IMG/VR virus record: IMGVR_UViG_2718218309_000005
Span: 1 to 37,363 of that record
Source of the DNA: a virus
Lineage: Duplodnaviria; Heunggongvirae; Uroviricota; Caudoviricetes
Direction: 5' to 3' (one strand)
DNA length: 37,363 bases
The notes beneath the pieces were generated by a model. The model saw only the letters and a program-made list of their open reading frames with translations. It was not told the DNA's origin and did not search any database. Of this stretch, positions 1 through 10,144 are shown in pieces. Each line of letters begins with the position of its first letter. Position 1 is the stretch's first letter. The translations under genes were made by a program, and so were the position numbers.

Positions 1-258
1 ATGCAAACCGTTATTTTTGGTCGTCCGGGTTGCCCTTACTGTGTGCGTGCAAAAGATCTGGCTGAGAAATTGAGCAATGAACGCGATGATTTTCAGTATC
101 AGTATGTAGATATTCGTGCGGAAGGGATCACTAAAGAAGATCTACAACAAAAGGCAGGTAAACCCGTAGAAACCGTGCCGCAGATTTTTGTCGATCAGCA
201 ACATATCGGCGGCTATACCGATTTTGCTGCATGGGTGAAAGAAAATCTGGACGCCTGA
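1..258 (+). CDS. grxA: glutaredoxin 1
   Basis: 85-aa product with CPYC active-site motif; matches E. coli GrxA as I recall it over its full length. Confidence 0.9.
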   Translation: MQTVIFGRPGCPYCVRAKDLAEKLSNERDDFQYQYVDIRAEGITKEDLQQKAGKPVETVPQIFVDQQHIGGYTDFAAWVKENLDA

Positions 259-268
259 TCGTCTGACA

Positions 269-300
269 AGCCCTCGCGTTGAGGGCTTTACTGATTTTTT
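269..300 (+). terminator. hairpin plus T-run downstream of grxA
   Basis: Stem agccctc / gagggct with 5-nt loop, followed by a T-run at 295-300; lies between convergent grxA and ybjM. Confidence 0.45.
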
Positions 301-665
301 CTGTGCTGTGGTTTAAACAAACTACTGATAAATAAGAAACACAGTGCCCCCAGCGCACACCAGAACACCGCGCTTAGTAACCATGCCAGCTCTTGCCAGA
401 ATGAGCGCGTCGGTGAAAAAAACAGCCGCATAATGAGCATCGAACAGGGTGCCGCCAGCATTGCGCCAAACAGAGGTTTCAGGACTTCTCTACGCTGTGA
501 AAAGAAGCTGGCGACTGCTCCAGGAAGAATGAAAAATAGCAAGCCGATTTCAGGATGCCCGGCAGCCCGAAAAGCGCCTTTCATGTGCGTCGCCAGAAAA
601 AGGCACACCACAATGAAGAGGACAAAACAGCAGATTGCCCCCGCCCAACGTTGTTTATGTTTCAC
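288..665 (-). CDS. ybjM: inner membrane protein YbjM
   Basis: 125-aa hydrophobic protein; size and position between grxA and ybjL match the E. coli arrangement. Confidence 0.8.
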   Translation of the reverse strand: MKHKQRWAGAICCFVLFIVVCLFLATHMKGAFRAAGHPEIGLLFFILPGAVASFFSQRREVLKPLFGAMLAAPCSMLIMRLFFSPTRSFWQELAWLLSAVFWCALGALCFLFISSLFKPQHRKNQ

Positions 666-934
666 TCGTTCCTCCTGACACTGCGTCTATCGAACACATT
701 TTTCGCCAGTGTGGCGTTCAGTAAGATAAAGCCGCTTCGCATTCCATGCTAATATAGGCCAACGCAATTCATATAGCCGTTGATACCTAATGTGATTACA
801 CTAGTAAAATATATTGTTACTTTACTATCGTTTAGGTGCGCTGAATGAATCTGCGCCCTGAATTCTGGTAAAAAACATTATCGTAAATTACCATTTCTTT
901 CAACAGCTTACTAGTAAACAAGAAGTTAGCCTCC

Positions 935-2620
935 GTGAATATAAACGTCGCCGAATTGTTAAATGGGAATTACATTCTGTTATTATTTGTGGTCCTCGCG
1001 CTTGGGCTATGTCTCGGAAAGTTACGACTTGGTTCGATCCAACTGGGTAATTCCATTGGCGTTTTAGTCGTATCGCTGTTATTAGGCCAACAACATTTCA
1101 GCATTAACACCGATGCGCTTAATCTTGGCTTTATGCTGTTTATTTTCTGCGTCGGGGTCGAAGCCGGACCGAACTTTTTTTCCATTTTTTTTCGCGATGG
1201 GAAAAATTACCTAATGTTAGCACTGGTGATGGTTGGCAGTGCGCTGGTGATCGCCTTAGGGTTAGGTAAGCTGTTTGGCTGGGATATTGGCCTGACGGCC
1301 GGTATGTTAGCAGGCTCTATGACGTCGACACCGGTTCTGGTCGGTGCTGGCGATACACTGCGTCATTCCGGCATGGAAAGCAGGCAGCTCTCACTGGCAC
1401 TGGATAATCTGAGCCTCGGGTATGCCTTAACCTATTTAATCGGTCTGGTGAGTTTGATTGTTGGTGCGCGTTACTTGCCGAAATTGCAGCATCAGGACTT
1501 ACAGACCAGCGCCCAGCAAATCGCCCGCGAACGTGGCCTGGACACTGATGCCAACCGTAAGGTTTATTTACCGGTGATCCGCGCCTATCGCGTCGGCCCG
1601 GAGCTGGTGGCCTGGACCGACGGCAAAAATCTGCGTGAACTGGGTATTTATCGACAAACCGGCTGCTACATTGAACGTATTCGACGTAACGGGATTCTGG
1701 CAAATCCAGACGGTGATGCCGTGCTACAAATGGGCGATGAAATAGCGTTGGTAGGCTATCCCGACGCCCATGCCCGACTCGATCCCAGCTTCCGTAACGG
1801 TAAAGAAGTTTTCGATCGTGACCTTCTCGACATGCGTATCGTCACTGAAGAAGTGGTCGTTAAAAACCATAACGCTGTAGGTAAACGTCTCGCACAACTG
1901 AAGTTGACCGATCACGGTTGCTTCCTTAACCGCGTCATTCGTAGCCAGATTGAGATGCCGATAGATGACAACGTCGTGCTTAACAAAGGTGACGTTTTAC
2001 AAGTCAGCGGTGATGCCCGTCGCGTAAAAACCATCGCCGATCGCATCGGCTTTATCTCGATTCACAGCCAGGTCACTGACCTGCTGGCATTTTGCGCCTT
2101 CTTTGTTATTGGGCTGATGATCGGGATGATCACCTTCCAGTTCAGCACATTCAGTTTCGGCATGGGGAACGCTGCCGGGTTGTTATTCGCCGGAATTATG
2201 CTGGGCTTTATGCGTGCTAACCACCCGACCTTCGGTTACATTCCGCAAGGTGCATTAAGCATGGTGAAAGAGTTCGGCTTGATGGTGTTTATGGCAGGCG
2301 TTGGTCTGAGCGCCGGTAGCGGTATTAATAACGGCCTGGGCGCGATTGGCGGTCAGATGTTGATTGCCGGATTAATTGTCAGTCTTGTGCCCGTGGTTAT
2401 CTGTTTCTTGTTCGGTGCTTATGTATTGCGAATGAACCGCGCACTGTTGTTCGGCGCAATGATGGGCGCACGCACCTGCGCGCCGGCAATGGAGATCATC
2501 AGTGATACAGCTCGCAGTAACATCCCTGCGCTGGGCTACGCGGGCACCTACGCAATCGCCAACGTCCTGCTGACGCTGGCAGGGACAATCATCGTCATGG
2601 TATGGCCAGGATTAGGATAA
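935..2620 (+). CDS. ybjL: putative AAE-family transporter YbjL
   Basis: 561-aa polytopic membrane protein with duplicated transporter halves around a central soluble domain; length matches E. coli YbjL. Confidence 0.85.
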
Positions 2621-2732
2621 AACTGAAGTTGCCCTGAAAATGAAATTTTTTTGCACAACCGCAGAACTTTTCCGCAGGGCATCAGTCTTAATTAGTGCCA
2701 CTGCTTTTCTTTGATGTCCCCATTTTGTGGAG

Positions 2733-2776
2733 CCCATCAACCCCGCCATTTCGGTTCAAGGTTGATGGGTTTTTTG
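2733..2776 (+). terminator. rho-independent terminator downstream of ybjL
   Basis: Perfect 10-bp stem cccatcaacc / ggttgatggg followed by tttttt (2770-2775). Confidence 0.6.
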
Positions 2777-2855
2777 TTGCCTGAAATTTATTCTTTTTAA
2801 AATCATGATGTTAGACGCACTGTTTTTTAATGATGGCGACAAATTGGCGGCAGAG

Positions 2856-3071
2856 TCAAAGAGAGAGCGCCCCCTGTCCTGATTTCATTGGATGCGGCTG
2901 AACCGGATTTGACTCTTTTGGCGTTGCAATCGAACGAACAAAAGTTTCATGGGTTACAAAAGTATGGCTGCAGTTAATATTCTGGCACTGGTTGTAACGC
3001 TCTTTGGTCAATGAAGATACCTGAAAACTGCTGCGAGTATGGGCGGCACTTCCACACAGTGGGCAAATCAT
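2856..3071 (-). CDS. ogr: Ogr/B-family zinc-finger late-gene activator
   Basis: CPLCG...C-x2-C zinc-finger pattern (MICPLCGSAAH...ERYNQCQNINCSHTF); start chosen at internal Met (ORF-track codon 13) to give ~71 aa like P2 Ogr. Confidence 0.85.
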   Translation of the reverse strand: MICPLCGSAAHTRSSFQVSSLTKERYNQCQNINCSHTFVTHETFVRSIATPKESNPVQPHPMKSGQGALSL

Positions 3072-3164
3072 CATTTTTCGAGTTCTCCCCATTTTTGCTA
3101 AATTCACAATAATGATACCGCATTATTCCATTTTGCAAACTTAAAAGTTCTCCATTGCGAAGAA

Positions 3165-4265
3165 TCATTCCATTTCGAAATCATCAATCCTCACTTCAAG
3201 CTCCAGACTGGTCGTAAAACCATTATCCGGGCTGACGGTATGTGTCAGAGTCGTAATGGTCCATTCCGCATCATCTATCGGCTGTTTAAAACCACTGACC
3301 TTCACAGGCATTTCCGTGTAGAGATCTGCCCGCCCTTCTGCCAGTTGTAGAGAAAATGACGCAACGCCGCGTTGCAGGCGTTCCCACTGCATTTTCGCTG
3401 CTCGTTCGGCGTTGCTCCGGTTGGCATAAGTGCGATTAAGTACCAGCACGTTTTCATCCGTACCCACCAGGTAATCGCCCTGCTTCGCTTCTGGCTCTTT
3501 CTTCTGCTTCTTAGTTCTGCGCTTACGCTTCACCGTGGTGCTTTCTTTCTTCGCAGGTTCGCGGGTATGCAACCAGCTGGCAATTACGCCCGTGTAGGCT
3601 CCGCGATCTGCCAGGGTAAAGCGGTGACTGTCGCCGTCCTTACGTGTGATAGTGATCACCGGCAGTGGTTTACCGCTAGCACTTTTACCCTGTCCCTGCC
3701 GGATGAATAACAGATTGCCATTTTTCACCGACGCAATAGCACCGTACTGGCGCGCCAGCCGCATCAGAAAACTGCCGTCACTCTCATTAGTCTGGTCTAT
3801 ATGCTCCACAGGCTTATCCGACAGGTCTTTACCCAGTGCCATCTTCAGCTTGTGACGTACGGCTATTTCCTTCACTACTTCCCCGACGGTGGTCTTGTGC
3901 CACGACTTTTCACGGCGGGTATTCAGCGTTTCACGAAAATCAGCACTTCGCGCCCGAATAGTCAGGCGGTCCGGTGCGCCAGTGTGTTCAATCTCGTCCA
4001 CCGTGAATGCCCCTTTCGGGAAAAGCGGCTGCCCCTTCCAGCCCAGCGCCAGCGTAATGACCGCACCACGGCGCGGCAGCACGATTTTTCCGTCGGCGTC
4101 GTCCAGCTCCAGATCAAGCTGGTCCGCTTCAAAGCCCCGATTGTCCGTCAGCGTCAGACTCATCAGACGGTTATCCAGCACAGTGGTGATATCCCTGCCC
4201 TCAATACTGATACTGAATGCCGGAGTTTTGTTGCCTTTGTTAAGCAGTTCAGAGCTGAAATTCAC
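3165..4265 (-). CDS. D: tail protein gpD
   Basis: 366-aa product located between U and ogr as in P2; sequence resembles P2 gpD as recalled. Confidence 0.85.
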   Translation of the reverse strand: MNFSSELLNKGNKTPAFSISIEGRDITTVLDNRLMSLTLTDNRGFEADQLDLELDDADGKIVLPRRGAVITLALGWKGQPLFPKGAFTVDEIEHTGAPDRLTIRARSADFRETLNTRREKSWHKTTVGEVVKEIAVRHKLKMALGKDLSDKPVEHIDQTNESDGSFLMRLARQYGAIASVKNGNLLFIRQGQGKSASGKPLPVITITRKDGDSHRFTLADRGAYTGVIASWLHTREPAKKESTTVKRKRRTKKQKKEPEAKQGDYLVGTDENVLVLNRTYANRSNAERAAKMQWERLQRGVASFSLQLAEGRADLYTEMPVKVSGFKQPIDDAEWTITTLTHTVSPDNGFTTSLELEVRIDDFEME

Positions 4266-4747
4266 GGCAGCAGCCCTCCCACCGTTTTACTGATATCGCT
4301 TAAGGCAGATGTTGCCATGTCCTGCAGATTATTCAGCTGCGCACTGAGATCACCAAACATATCGGACAGGGATTCATCCACCCGTTTGAGCGACAGGGTG
4401 AACTCAATCCGGCGCGGCATACCGTCGCGGAAAAACTCCGTTTTGGTCTGATTCAGTCCCTCAATCACATACATGCCGTAAATCGTGCCGCTGCCTTCAA
4501 TCAGGGGCCATGCTTTCCCCTGCTCTGCCATCTGCTCCAGTGCCAGCAATGACAGCCTGCCGCCTGTTATCTCCGGCATAAGAACACCAGAAAGCGTCAG
4601 CATGTCGTTGTCCGGTCCCAGAAACTGCGTGGATGGACGACGATTTACCCGACTGTTAGCCGCATGTCGCCAGCTGCGCTGATACTGCAGTTCCTGATAC
4701 GGCACGGTGCGCAGCATAAACACGTACAATCCCAGCACCATCATCAT
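4262..4747 (-). CDS. U: tail protein gpU
   Basis: 161 aa; P2 gpU-like; stop overlaps D start. Confidence 0.85.
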   Translation of the reverse strand: MMMVLGLYVFMLRTVPYQELQYQRSWRHAANSRVNRRPSTQFLGPDNDMLTLSGVLMPEITGGRLSLLALEQMAEQGKAWPLIEGSGTIYGMYVIEGLNQTKTEFFRDGMPRRIEFTLSLKRVDESLSDMFGDLSAQLNNLQDMATSALSDISKTVGGLLP

Positions 4748-7700
4748 GCGTCGTATCCCCCCTGATCGCTGTAGTTACTCCTGGCTTTTGCCTTCAGCCT
4801 GCGTTCACGTTCATCAAGCTGGCGGGCCACCTCCCGCGCAATATCCTGCGCACTTTGTCCTGGCTGCGTCTGAATGATGATCTGCGTCGGTGCCTCAATC
4901 CGTTGAACGGGCGGCACAGTGGCTGCACGACTCACCATCGCTTCGCCGCCTTTCGCGGGAAGTGCCAAAGGATGTAACGGTGGAAGCTCTGTAGGCGCGG
5001 CAGCAACGCCCATCATTCCGGCAACAACCGCAGCCAGTGCAGCGGTATTTCTCCGGCTGGTCACGTTTGCCGGGCCGTTGACAATTTCCGGCCCGTTTTC
5101 ACCGACGATGCCAAACTGCCCGCGCGGGATATAGCCGCCGCTGTCATACATCCCCGCAAAGCCATATCCCCATGACGGAAAACCACCCGATGGCATCATC
5201 ACTTTACCGTCTGCATTCACCGTCGCAGGTTGCTGACGCGTCACGCTTTCCGGCAGTTTCGCCTTTGCGGCCTCTTTACTGACAATGCCGAGCTTCTCCA
5301 GCAACCAGGAAACGCCGGATTTCAGTGAGTCCAGCGGATGCATGACCATATTCAGCCCTTCCGCCAGTGCCTCCCCGAATCGTCGCCCCATTGCCGCTGC
5401 ACTCTGCAGTTCGGCAGAGGTCGACTTAACGGGCGTCAGCAGATCAGTAAACCAGCCCCACAGCGCCTGCACTTTGTCGCCAATCCACTGAAACACAGGC
5501 TTAAGTGGTTCGAATGCAGCACTGATGGGACCTGCCGCCGCTTTGAATCCTTCCACCACGCCACCGAGAAATGCGGTGATGGGTTGCCAGTATTTCCAGA
5601 CAACCAGCGCCACGCCCGCCAGTGCAGTAACCACAAGACCTATCGGACTGAGCAGAGCACCTAACAGACCAGATACGGCATACAGAGCAACGCGCAGCAT
5701 CGCCAGCGGACCGGATGCCAGCACTCGCAGCACCGCGCCTGCGGCGGTCAGTCCACCGCGCAGTACCGCCAGTGGATTCATAAACATCACAGCAACCGCA
5801 CGTAAACCGGATAATCCAGACCGCAATAGTGCAACCGGCGCACCTGCTACAGTTTTCAGGACATTTCCCGTCAGTGATGCCGTACGGCGCAAAGACGACA
5901 ACGGCGCAGTAAGTAAACCCGCTGCGTTACCCGATGAAGCAAGCCCGCGTCGCAGCACTGCCAGTGGAGCGCCAGCCAGCCAGGACAACGCGCTGCTGGT
6001 TCGTGTTACTGCTGCCGTAACGGAAGGTAACGTTTTGATGCCCAGCACAGAGAATCCCAGACGGATGACTGCCAGCGGCCCCAGCACTGCAGCCAGCGCC
6101 ACAGCCAGGGTGCCGAGTCCTACGGTAACCGCAGCCACAATAGCGGCTACTTTCATCAGTGTGCCCGTCAGTTCCGGGTTAGCTTCCACCCAGCGACGCA
6201 ACGCTCCCGTAACGCTTTTCACCGTGTACAGAATATCCATCAGCGGCTGGCGCAGCGTTTCGCCCAGGCTGCTGAAGGTATTCTGCGCTCCGGTTTTAAC
6301 CAGCAACCACTGAGCAGAAAGTGAGTCCTTGTTGATGTCGGATTCTTTCTGCATGGAACCGAGCGCATCATTGCCCGCTGTCAGTTTTAGCTGGCGCTGC
6401 AGTTCCGGCAGGTTGTTTGCCAGTTTCGCCGCGTCATCACCAAACTCTTTACCAAACAACATGGTCATGGCAGCCAGACGCTTGTCCTGCGGCAGTGCGT
6501 TCACCTTCTCCAGCACACGCTGGATAGTTCCCATCGCATCCTTCGTCATCTGCTTTTCAATCACTTCAGGATTGAGTTTCAGCAGATTCATCCCTTCAAA
6601 GAAACTCTTGCTTTGCATGGTGGCAATGGACAATTCACGCACCATCGCGTTTGCTGCACTGGCTGCAACCTCCGGCGCAGCGCCCAGTGTCAGAAAGGTG
6701 GAACCCAGTGCCGCCGCTTTACGATAATCCAGACGGTCAGCCACACCGCCCAGACGTTGCATCACATCAATGATGTCCGCCCCTTTCGACATGGCGTTAT
6801 CATCCAGATAGTTCAGTGCATCGCCGAGCTGTTCAATATTGCGGGTAGGTATTTTGTAGAGCTGGGCGATTTTCCCCAGACTTTCTGACAGTTCATCCGC
6901 TGGCAGCTCAAAGGCTGTTGCCGCCTTTGCTGCCGTACTGGCGAAGGCCAGCAGGTCACGTTTCTGGTCTTCCCAGCTGTCGTCAGGGTTTGCGACGTTC
7001 ATGCGCGCACCACCTTCAACCAGTGCAGCGAAATCCACCGCACCGTTTTCCATCGGCAACTGTTCGCTGGCAGCCTTGATGGCATCCTGCATTTCATAAA
7101 AACGTGCAGTGCGGTTGCCATTATCGTCACGCAGACCATTGACCTGCTTTGCCACACCTTTCATGGCATCTTCCATGCTGGTATAGCTTTTTACTGCCGC
7201 CATCACTGGCGCACCCATTGCCAGCCCTGCAGCCGTGGTGGTGGCTCCGGCACCTGCAATACGATCACGCACCTCCAGCGAACGGGCATAACTGGCACGC
7301 GCTGCATTCATCCTGCGCTGAGCTTCCCCCAGTCGCTTCAGCCGCGCCTCCTGTTTCGAAAGTTCCTGGTTATAACGTGATGTTTCACGGGCTAAACGGG
7401 CAGTTGCTCCCGCATCGTCTTTCGCAGAAATTCCCGCCCGGTACAGTTCAGCACGCACAAGCGCCGTCTGCTGCTGCAGCTTTTTCTGGCGTTCTTCCAG
7501 GCGCTGAACAGCCAGCCGTTGACGGCCCAGAGCAACAACCTGACGTTGCGAAGGCGGCCCCATCGCTCCCAGTTCCTGACTGAGCAAATTTGCACGCTGG
7601 CGGGCATAGTTCAGCCTGTCGCCTAATTTCTGATTTTCTGCCTGCAGCTTTCGGAAGCTGTCCAGACTGCTCCCGGCCTGATCAAGCTGCTTTATTGCAT

Positions 7701-7821
7701 CGCGGGATTTTTTGACAGCAGCAGCCAGTTCTCTTGAACTGGCCTGCGCAGATCGAAATGGGCGGGTGAGCTTGTCAACCGCATTAAGAATGACCTGCAG
7801 ACGCAGGTTGTTATCACTCAT
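4744..7821 (-). CDS. T: tail tape measure protein gpT
   Basis: 1025 aa, coiled-coil N-terminal part and Ala/Gly/Leu-rich repeats typical of tape measure proteins; sits after E/E'. Confidence 0.85.
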   Translation of the reverse strand: MSDNNLRLQVILNAVDKLTRPFRSAQASSRELAAAVKKSRDAIKQLDQAGSSLDSFRKLQAENQKLGDRLNYARQRANLLSQELGAMGPPSQRQVVALGRQRLAVQRLEERQKKLQQQTALVRAELYRAGISAKDDAGATARLARETSRYNQELSKQEARLKRLGEAQRRMNAARASYARSLEVRDRIAGAGATTTAAGLAMGAPVMAAVKSYTSMEDAMKGVAKQVNGLRDDNGNRTARFYEMQDAIKAASEQLPMENGAVDFAALVEGGARMNVANPDDSWEDQKRDLLAFASTAAKAATAFELPADELSESLGKIAQLYKIPTRNIEQLGDALNYLDDNAMSKGADIIDVMQRLGGVADRLDYRKAAALGSTFLTLGAAPEVAASAANAMVRELSIATMQSKSFFEGMNLLKLNPEVIEKQMTKDAMGTIQRVLEKVNALPQDKRLAAMTMLFGKEFGDDAAKLANNLPELQRQLKLTAGNDALGSMQKESDINKDSLSAQWLLVKTGAQNTFSSLGETLRQPLMDILYTVKSVTGALRRWVEANPELTGTLMKVAAIVAAVTVGLGTLAVALAAVLGPLAVIRLGFSVLGIKTLPSVTAAVTRTSSALSWLAGAPLAVLRRGLASSGNAAGLLTAPLSSLRRTASLTGNVLKTVAGAPVALLRSGLSGLRAVAVMFMNPLAVLRGGLTAAGAVLRVLASGPLAMLRVALYAVSGLLGALLSPIGLVVTALAGVALVVWKYWQPITAFLGGVVEGFKAAAGPISAAFEPLKPVFQWIGDKVQALWGWFTDLLTPVKSTSAELQSAAAMGRRFGEALAEGLNMVMHPLDSLKSGVSWLLEKLGIVSKEAAKAKLPESVTRQQPATVNADGKVMMPSGGFPSWGYGFAGMYDSGGYIPRGQFGIVGENGPEIVNGPANVTSRRNTAALAAVVAGMMGVAAAPTELPPLHPLALPAKGGEAMVSRAATVPPVQRIEAPTQIIIQTQPGQSAQDIAREVARQLDERERRLKAKARSNYSDQGGYDA

Positions 7822-8250
7822 CGTTGGCCCCGCTTCTCTGAATCGCTTTATACCGCCATTCCAGCACTTCGGTCAGCGGCATAACGTCAGTAACGGATGG
7901 CGGCCAGTGAAAAATGGTGGCGATATCAGCCACCAGATCGTCAACCGTCAGGCTGTCGGTAAACCGGCAAGCACCGACTTCTTCAACAAAAAAGTGACAA
8001 CCTCAACCGACATGGCAGTGAGATCTGCCGGGTCCATCTCTGCAATTTCCTGTGCAGTCAGTGCCGGACTGGAGATGCGGGGGATCACGGTCATCATCGC
8101 GTTCACATCCATATCCATAATGGCCTGCAGGCGTGTACCGCGCAGCGCACCGGACTGCGGTTTACGCAGCACAATTTCGGTGATTTCTGTTTTACCTCGC
8201 TTGATGGGGGTATCCAGTTGAATAGTCTTTTCAGTCTGCTTATCGCTCAT
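7814..8250 (-). CDS. gpE+E' programmed -1 frameshift fusion product
   Basis: The -1 frame is open from the slip site (7987) to a TGA at 7814-7816 and overlaps the T start codon; it encodes ...VEEVGACRFTDSLTVDDLVADIATIFHWPP...GANDE. Confidence 0.6.
7948..8250 (-). CDS. E: tail assembly chaperone gpE
   Basis: 100 aa ORF immediately upstream of T; contains the T TTT TTG slippery heptamer near its 3' end. Confidence 0.8.
   Translation of the reverse strand: MSDKQTEKTIQLDTPIKRGKTEITEIVLRKPQSGALRGTRLQAIMDMDVNAMMTVIPRISSPALTAQEIAEMDPADLTAMSVEVVTFLLKKSVLAGLPTA
7987..7993 (-). other. -1 ribosomal frameshift slippery heptamer T TTT TTG
   Basis: E codons ACT TTT TTG (Thr-Phe-Leu) read on the minus strand; same X XXY YYZ class as the P2 E/E' and lambda G/GT sites. 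Confidence 0.65.
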
Positions 8251-8304
8251 TTTGCTGTCCTGTAAATTGGGTTCTGGCGCGGTATCCCGCGCCGTTCAGA
8301 TACA

Positions 8305-8820
8305 TCAGAGGCCGAGGGCGTTGCGGTGCGCTTCCATCAGGTCCACACCGTCCACAATTTCCACCATGTTGATAAGGTCCACTTCATAGAGCACCTCACC
8401 ATTTATAGTCAGCTTCGCGTAGCTGTTGGTACTGGTCACTTTGGTGGTGTTGCTTTCGCCCGTCTTCCACTCTCCGGAATCCACTTCTTTGTGACGTCCA
8501 CGCACCACAAGCTCCACAGCCTGCACTTCCCCGGTATCGTCACGCTGGATAGAGCCGGTAAAGCGCAGCTGGATGCCATCCACCGTAGCTTTGCCCATCT
8601 GTTTAAACAGCAGCAGTTCAGTACCACCAATGGAAAATTCTGTGTCCAGCGCACTGTCATCAAGCCCCAGATCCACATCCACTGCACCCGGCATTCCGCC
8701 GCCGCGATACTTCTCATATTTGCGGGTGAATTTCGGCAGCGTCAGCGACTCAACGATCCCCTGCCAGTTGTTCCCGTCATTAAACAGGTTCAGGTGTTTT
8801 AATTTGCGTGGTAAAGCCAT
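8305..8820 (-). CDS. FII: tail tube protein gpFII
   Basis: 171 aa; P2 FII-like sequence and position. Confidence 0.9.
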   Translation of the reverse strand: MALPRKLKHLNLFNDGNNWQGIVESLTLPKFTRKYEKYRGGGMPGAVDVDLGLDDSALDTEFSIGGTELLLFKQMGKATVDGIQLRFTGSIQRDDTGEVQAVELVVRGRHKEVDSGEWKTGESNTTKVTSTNSYAKLTINGEVLYEVDLINMVEIVDGVDLMEAHRNALGL

Positions 8821-8829
8821 GTTGTCCCC

Positions 8830-10002
8830 TTACGCGCTGACCTGGCTGGAGAAATTCACCAGGTACTGATCGGTGATGCGCTGACGCAGCATCAGGTTTT
8901 CAAGTGGCGGCACTGGCGTGTAGTCGTAATCGATGGTGAGTTTTCCGGCTTTCAGGGTGTCTTTGTCGTTCACCGACTCGTCCAGCCAGCAATCACCACC
9001 AATGAGATACCCCTGACTTACCAGGCTGCGCATTTTGGCGCGGATACCCTCGATAATGTCGCGCGCCAGCGACGGGTTCAGCGGTTTGTCCACCGCCCAC
9101 ATGTGCGCTTCTGCCATTGTGTCCGTCAGCACCTGCGCCGTGCGAGTGTAGTTTTCGAAAGCAAAAAGCGGATCATCGCTCAGACAGCGGGAACCCCAGA
9201 AGCGGAAACCATCCTTGCGCACAAGCGTGGTGACGTCGTTCTGGTTAAGCAGTCCCGCATCGGTTGCCGGGTCCTGCAGATCCCAGAACACATCAGCAGA
9301 AATTCCGGTGACACCGTTCACGCCCACGTTGGACAGGCTTTTGTGCCATCCGGTCTGCTCGTCAATTTTGGCGCGCAGACCAAGCGCTCGGGCGGTGGCA
9401 TATGCCGTTGCTTCGGCATTCAGCACCGTGTCCCAGCCAGTAAAGTCAGGCCAGATCAGCATCCCTTCGCGCTGGCTAAAGTTTTCACGGTAAGTGATCG
9501 CCTCCTGTACCGTCTTGCAGCCATACGCTGACAGGTAAGCAAATCCACGCAGGCTTTGCGCCACGCTCAGCAACTCAGTAGCTACCGCCTTGGTGTCGTG
9601 GCCTGGCACGCCGAGAATGCGCGGTTTAACGCCGAGCTGTGACTGGGCAGATAACAGGGCTTTCATACCTGTTTTTTTACCTTCAGCAGTCACTGCGCCG
9701 ATGATATTGGTCGTGGTTTCGTCTTCCGTTTCACCCTGCGGCACACGCACAACAACGGTCACGGGTTTTGCCTGGTCAGCGATGGCATCCAGCGATCGGG
9801 CCAGAGTACCGGACTCACCCGCTTTACCGCTGGCAGTCAGCACATCAGTGATCAGCACGGGTTTATTAAGAGGAAACATTTTTGCATCGGCATCATCGCC
9901 CGTGCAGACCATACCCACGATGGCGGTGCTCACCGTGGTAATAGATCGGGTGCCTTCGTTGACTTCAACAACGCGCACCCCGTGGTGGTAATCCTGAGCC
10001 AT
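8830..10002 (-). CDS. FI: contractile tail sheath protein gpFI
   Basis: 390 aa; P2 FI-like; first gene of the FI-FII-E-T-U-D operon. Confidence 0.9.
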   Translation of the reverse strand: MAQDYHHGVRVVEVNEGTRSITTVSTAIVGMVCTGDDADAKMFPLNKPVLITDVLTASGKAGESGTLARSLDAIADQAKPVTVVVRVPQGETEDETTTNIIGAVTAEGKKTGMKALLSAQSQLGVKPRILGVPGHDTKAVATELLSVAQSLRGFAYLSAYGCKTVQEAITYRENFSQREGMLIWPDFTGWDTVLNAEATAYATARALGLRAKIDEQTGWHKSLSNVGVNGVTGISADVFWDLQDPATDAGLLNQNDVTTLVRKDGFRFWGSRCLSDDPLFAFENYTRTAQVLTDTMAEAHMWAVDKPLNPSLARDIIEGIRAKMRSLVSQGYLIGGDCWLDESVNDKDTLKAGKLTIDYDYTPVPPLENLMLRQRITDQYLVNFSSQVSA

Positions 10003-10078
10003 AGTGGCGAACCTCCTGATTGGATTAGGCTTCGCCCTATGTTGAAGTGATTGTGCCTGACAAACAGCTAAGCGCAGT

Positions 10079-10096
10079 TGTGTCGTTATTCACACA
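10079..10096 (-). promoter_or_regulatory. candidate Ogr/B activator site (TGT-N12-ACA) of late promoter PF
   Basis: tgt gtcgttattcac aca, centred ~85 bp upstream of the FI start codon. Confidence 0.5.
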
Positions 10097-10144
10097 AAAC
10101 AACGGTATTTGTCTGCTTGCAGGGATAATCAACATAATGCTGAT

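Noticed and set aside
131-752. Small ORFs overlapping grxA and ybjM (131-358, 433-678, 555-752)
   Set aside because: They overlap well-supported host genes on the opposite strand or out of frame and have no recognisable features.
2621-2855. A tRNA gene at the prophage attachment site
   Set aside because: I looked for cloverleaf-compatible sequence and the conserved GTTC..A and CCA features and found none; the only structure is the ybjL terminator hairpin.
4919-6888. Several long plus-strand ORFs (for example 5525-6313, 262 aa) inside the tape measure gene
   Set aside because: They are antisense to a well-supported 1025-aa tape measure ORF in GC-rich DNA, with Pro/Ala/Ser/Thr-rich low-complexity translations and no start context; typical spurious antisense ORFs.
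4744-7821. Repetitive ..LAVLR.. / ..AAG..L.. segments in the tape measure gene as a possible repeat array or CRISPR
   Set aside because: They are in-frame protein repeats inside one long ORF, with no regular repeat-spacer periodicity at the DNA level; no CRISPR array is present in the window.
10052-10069. A second TGT-containing dyad (ttgtgcctgacaaaca) near the PF site
   Set aside because: It does not satisfy TGT-N12-ACA spacing; only the 10079-10096 site fits the consensus.
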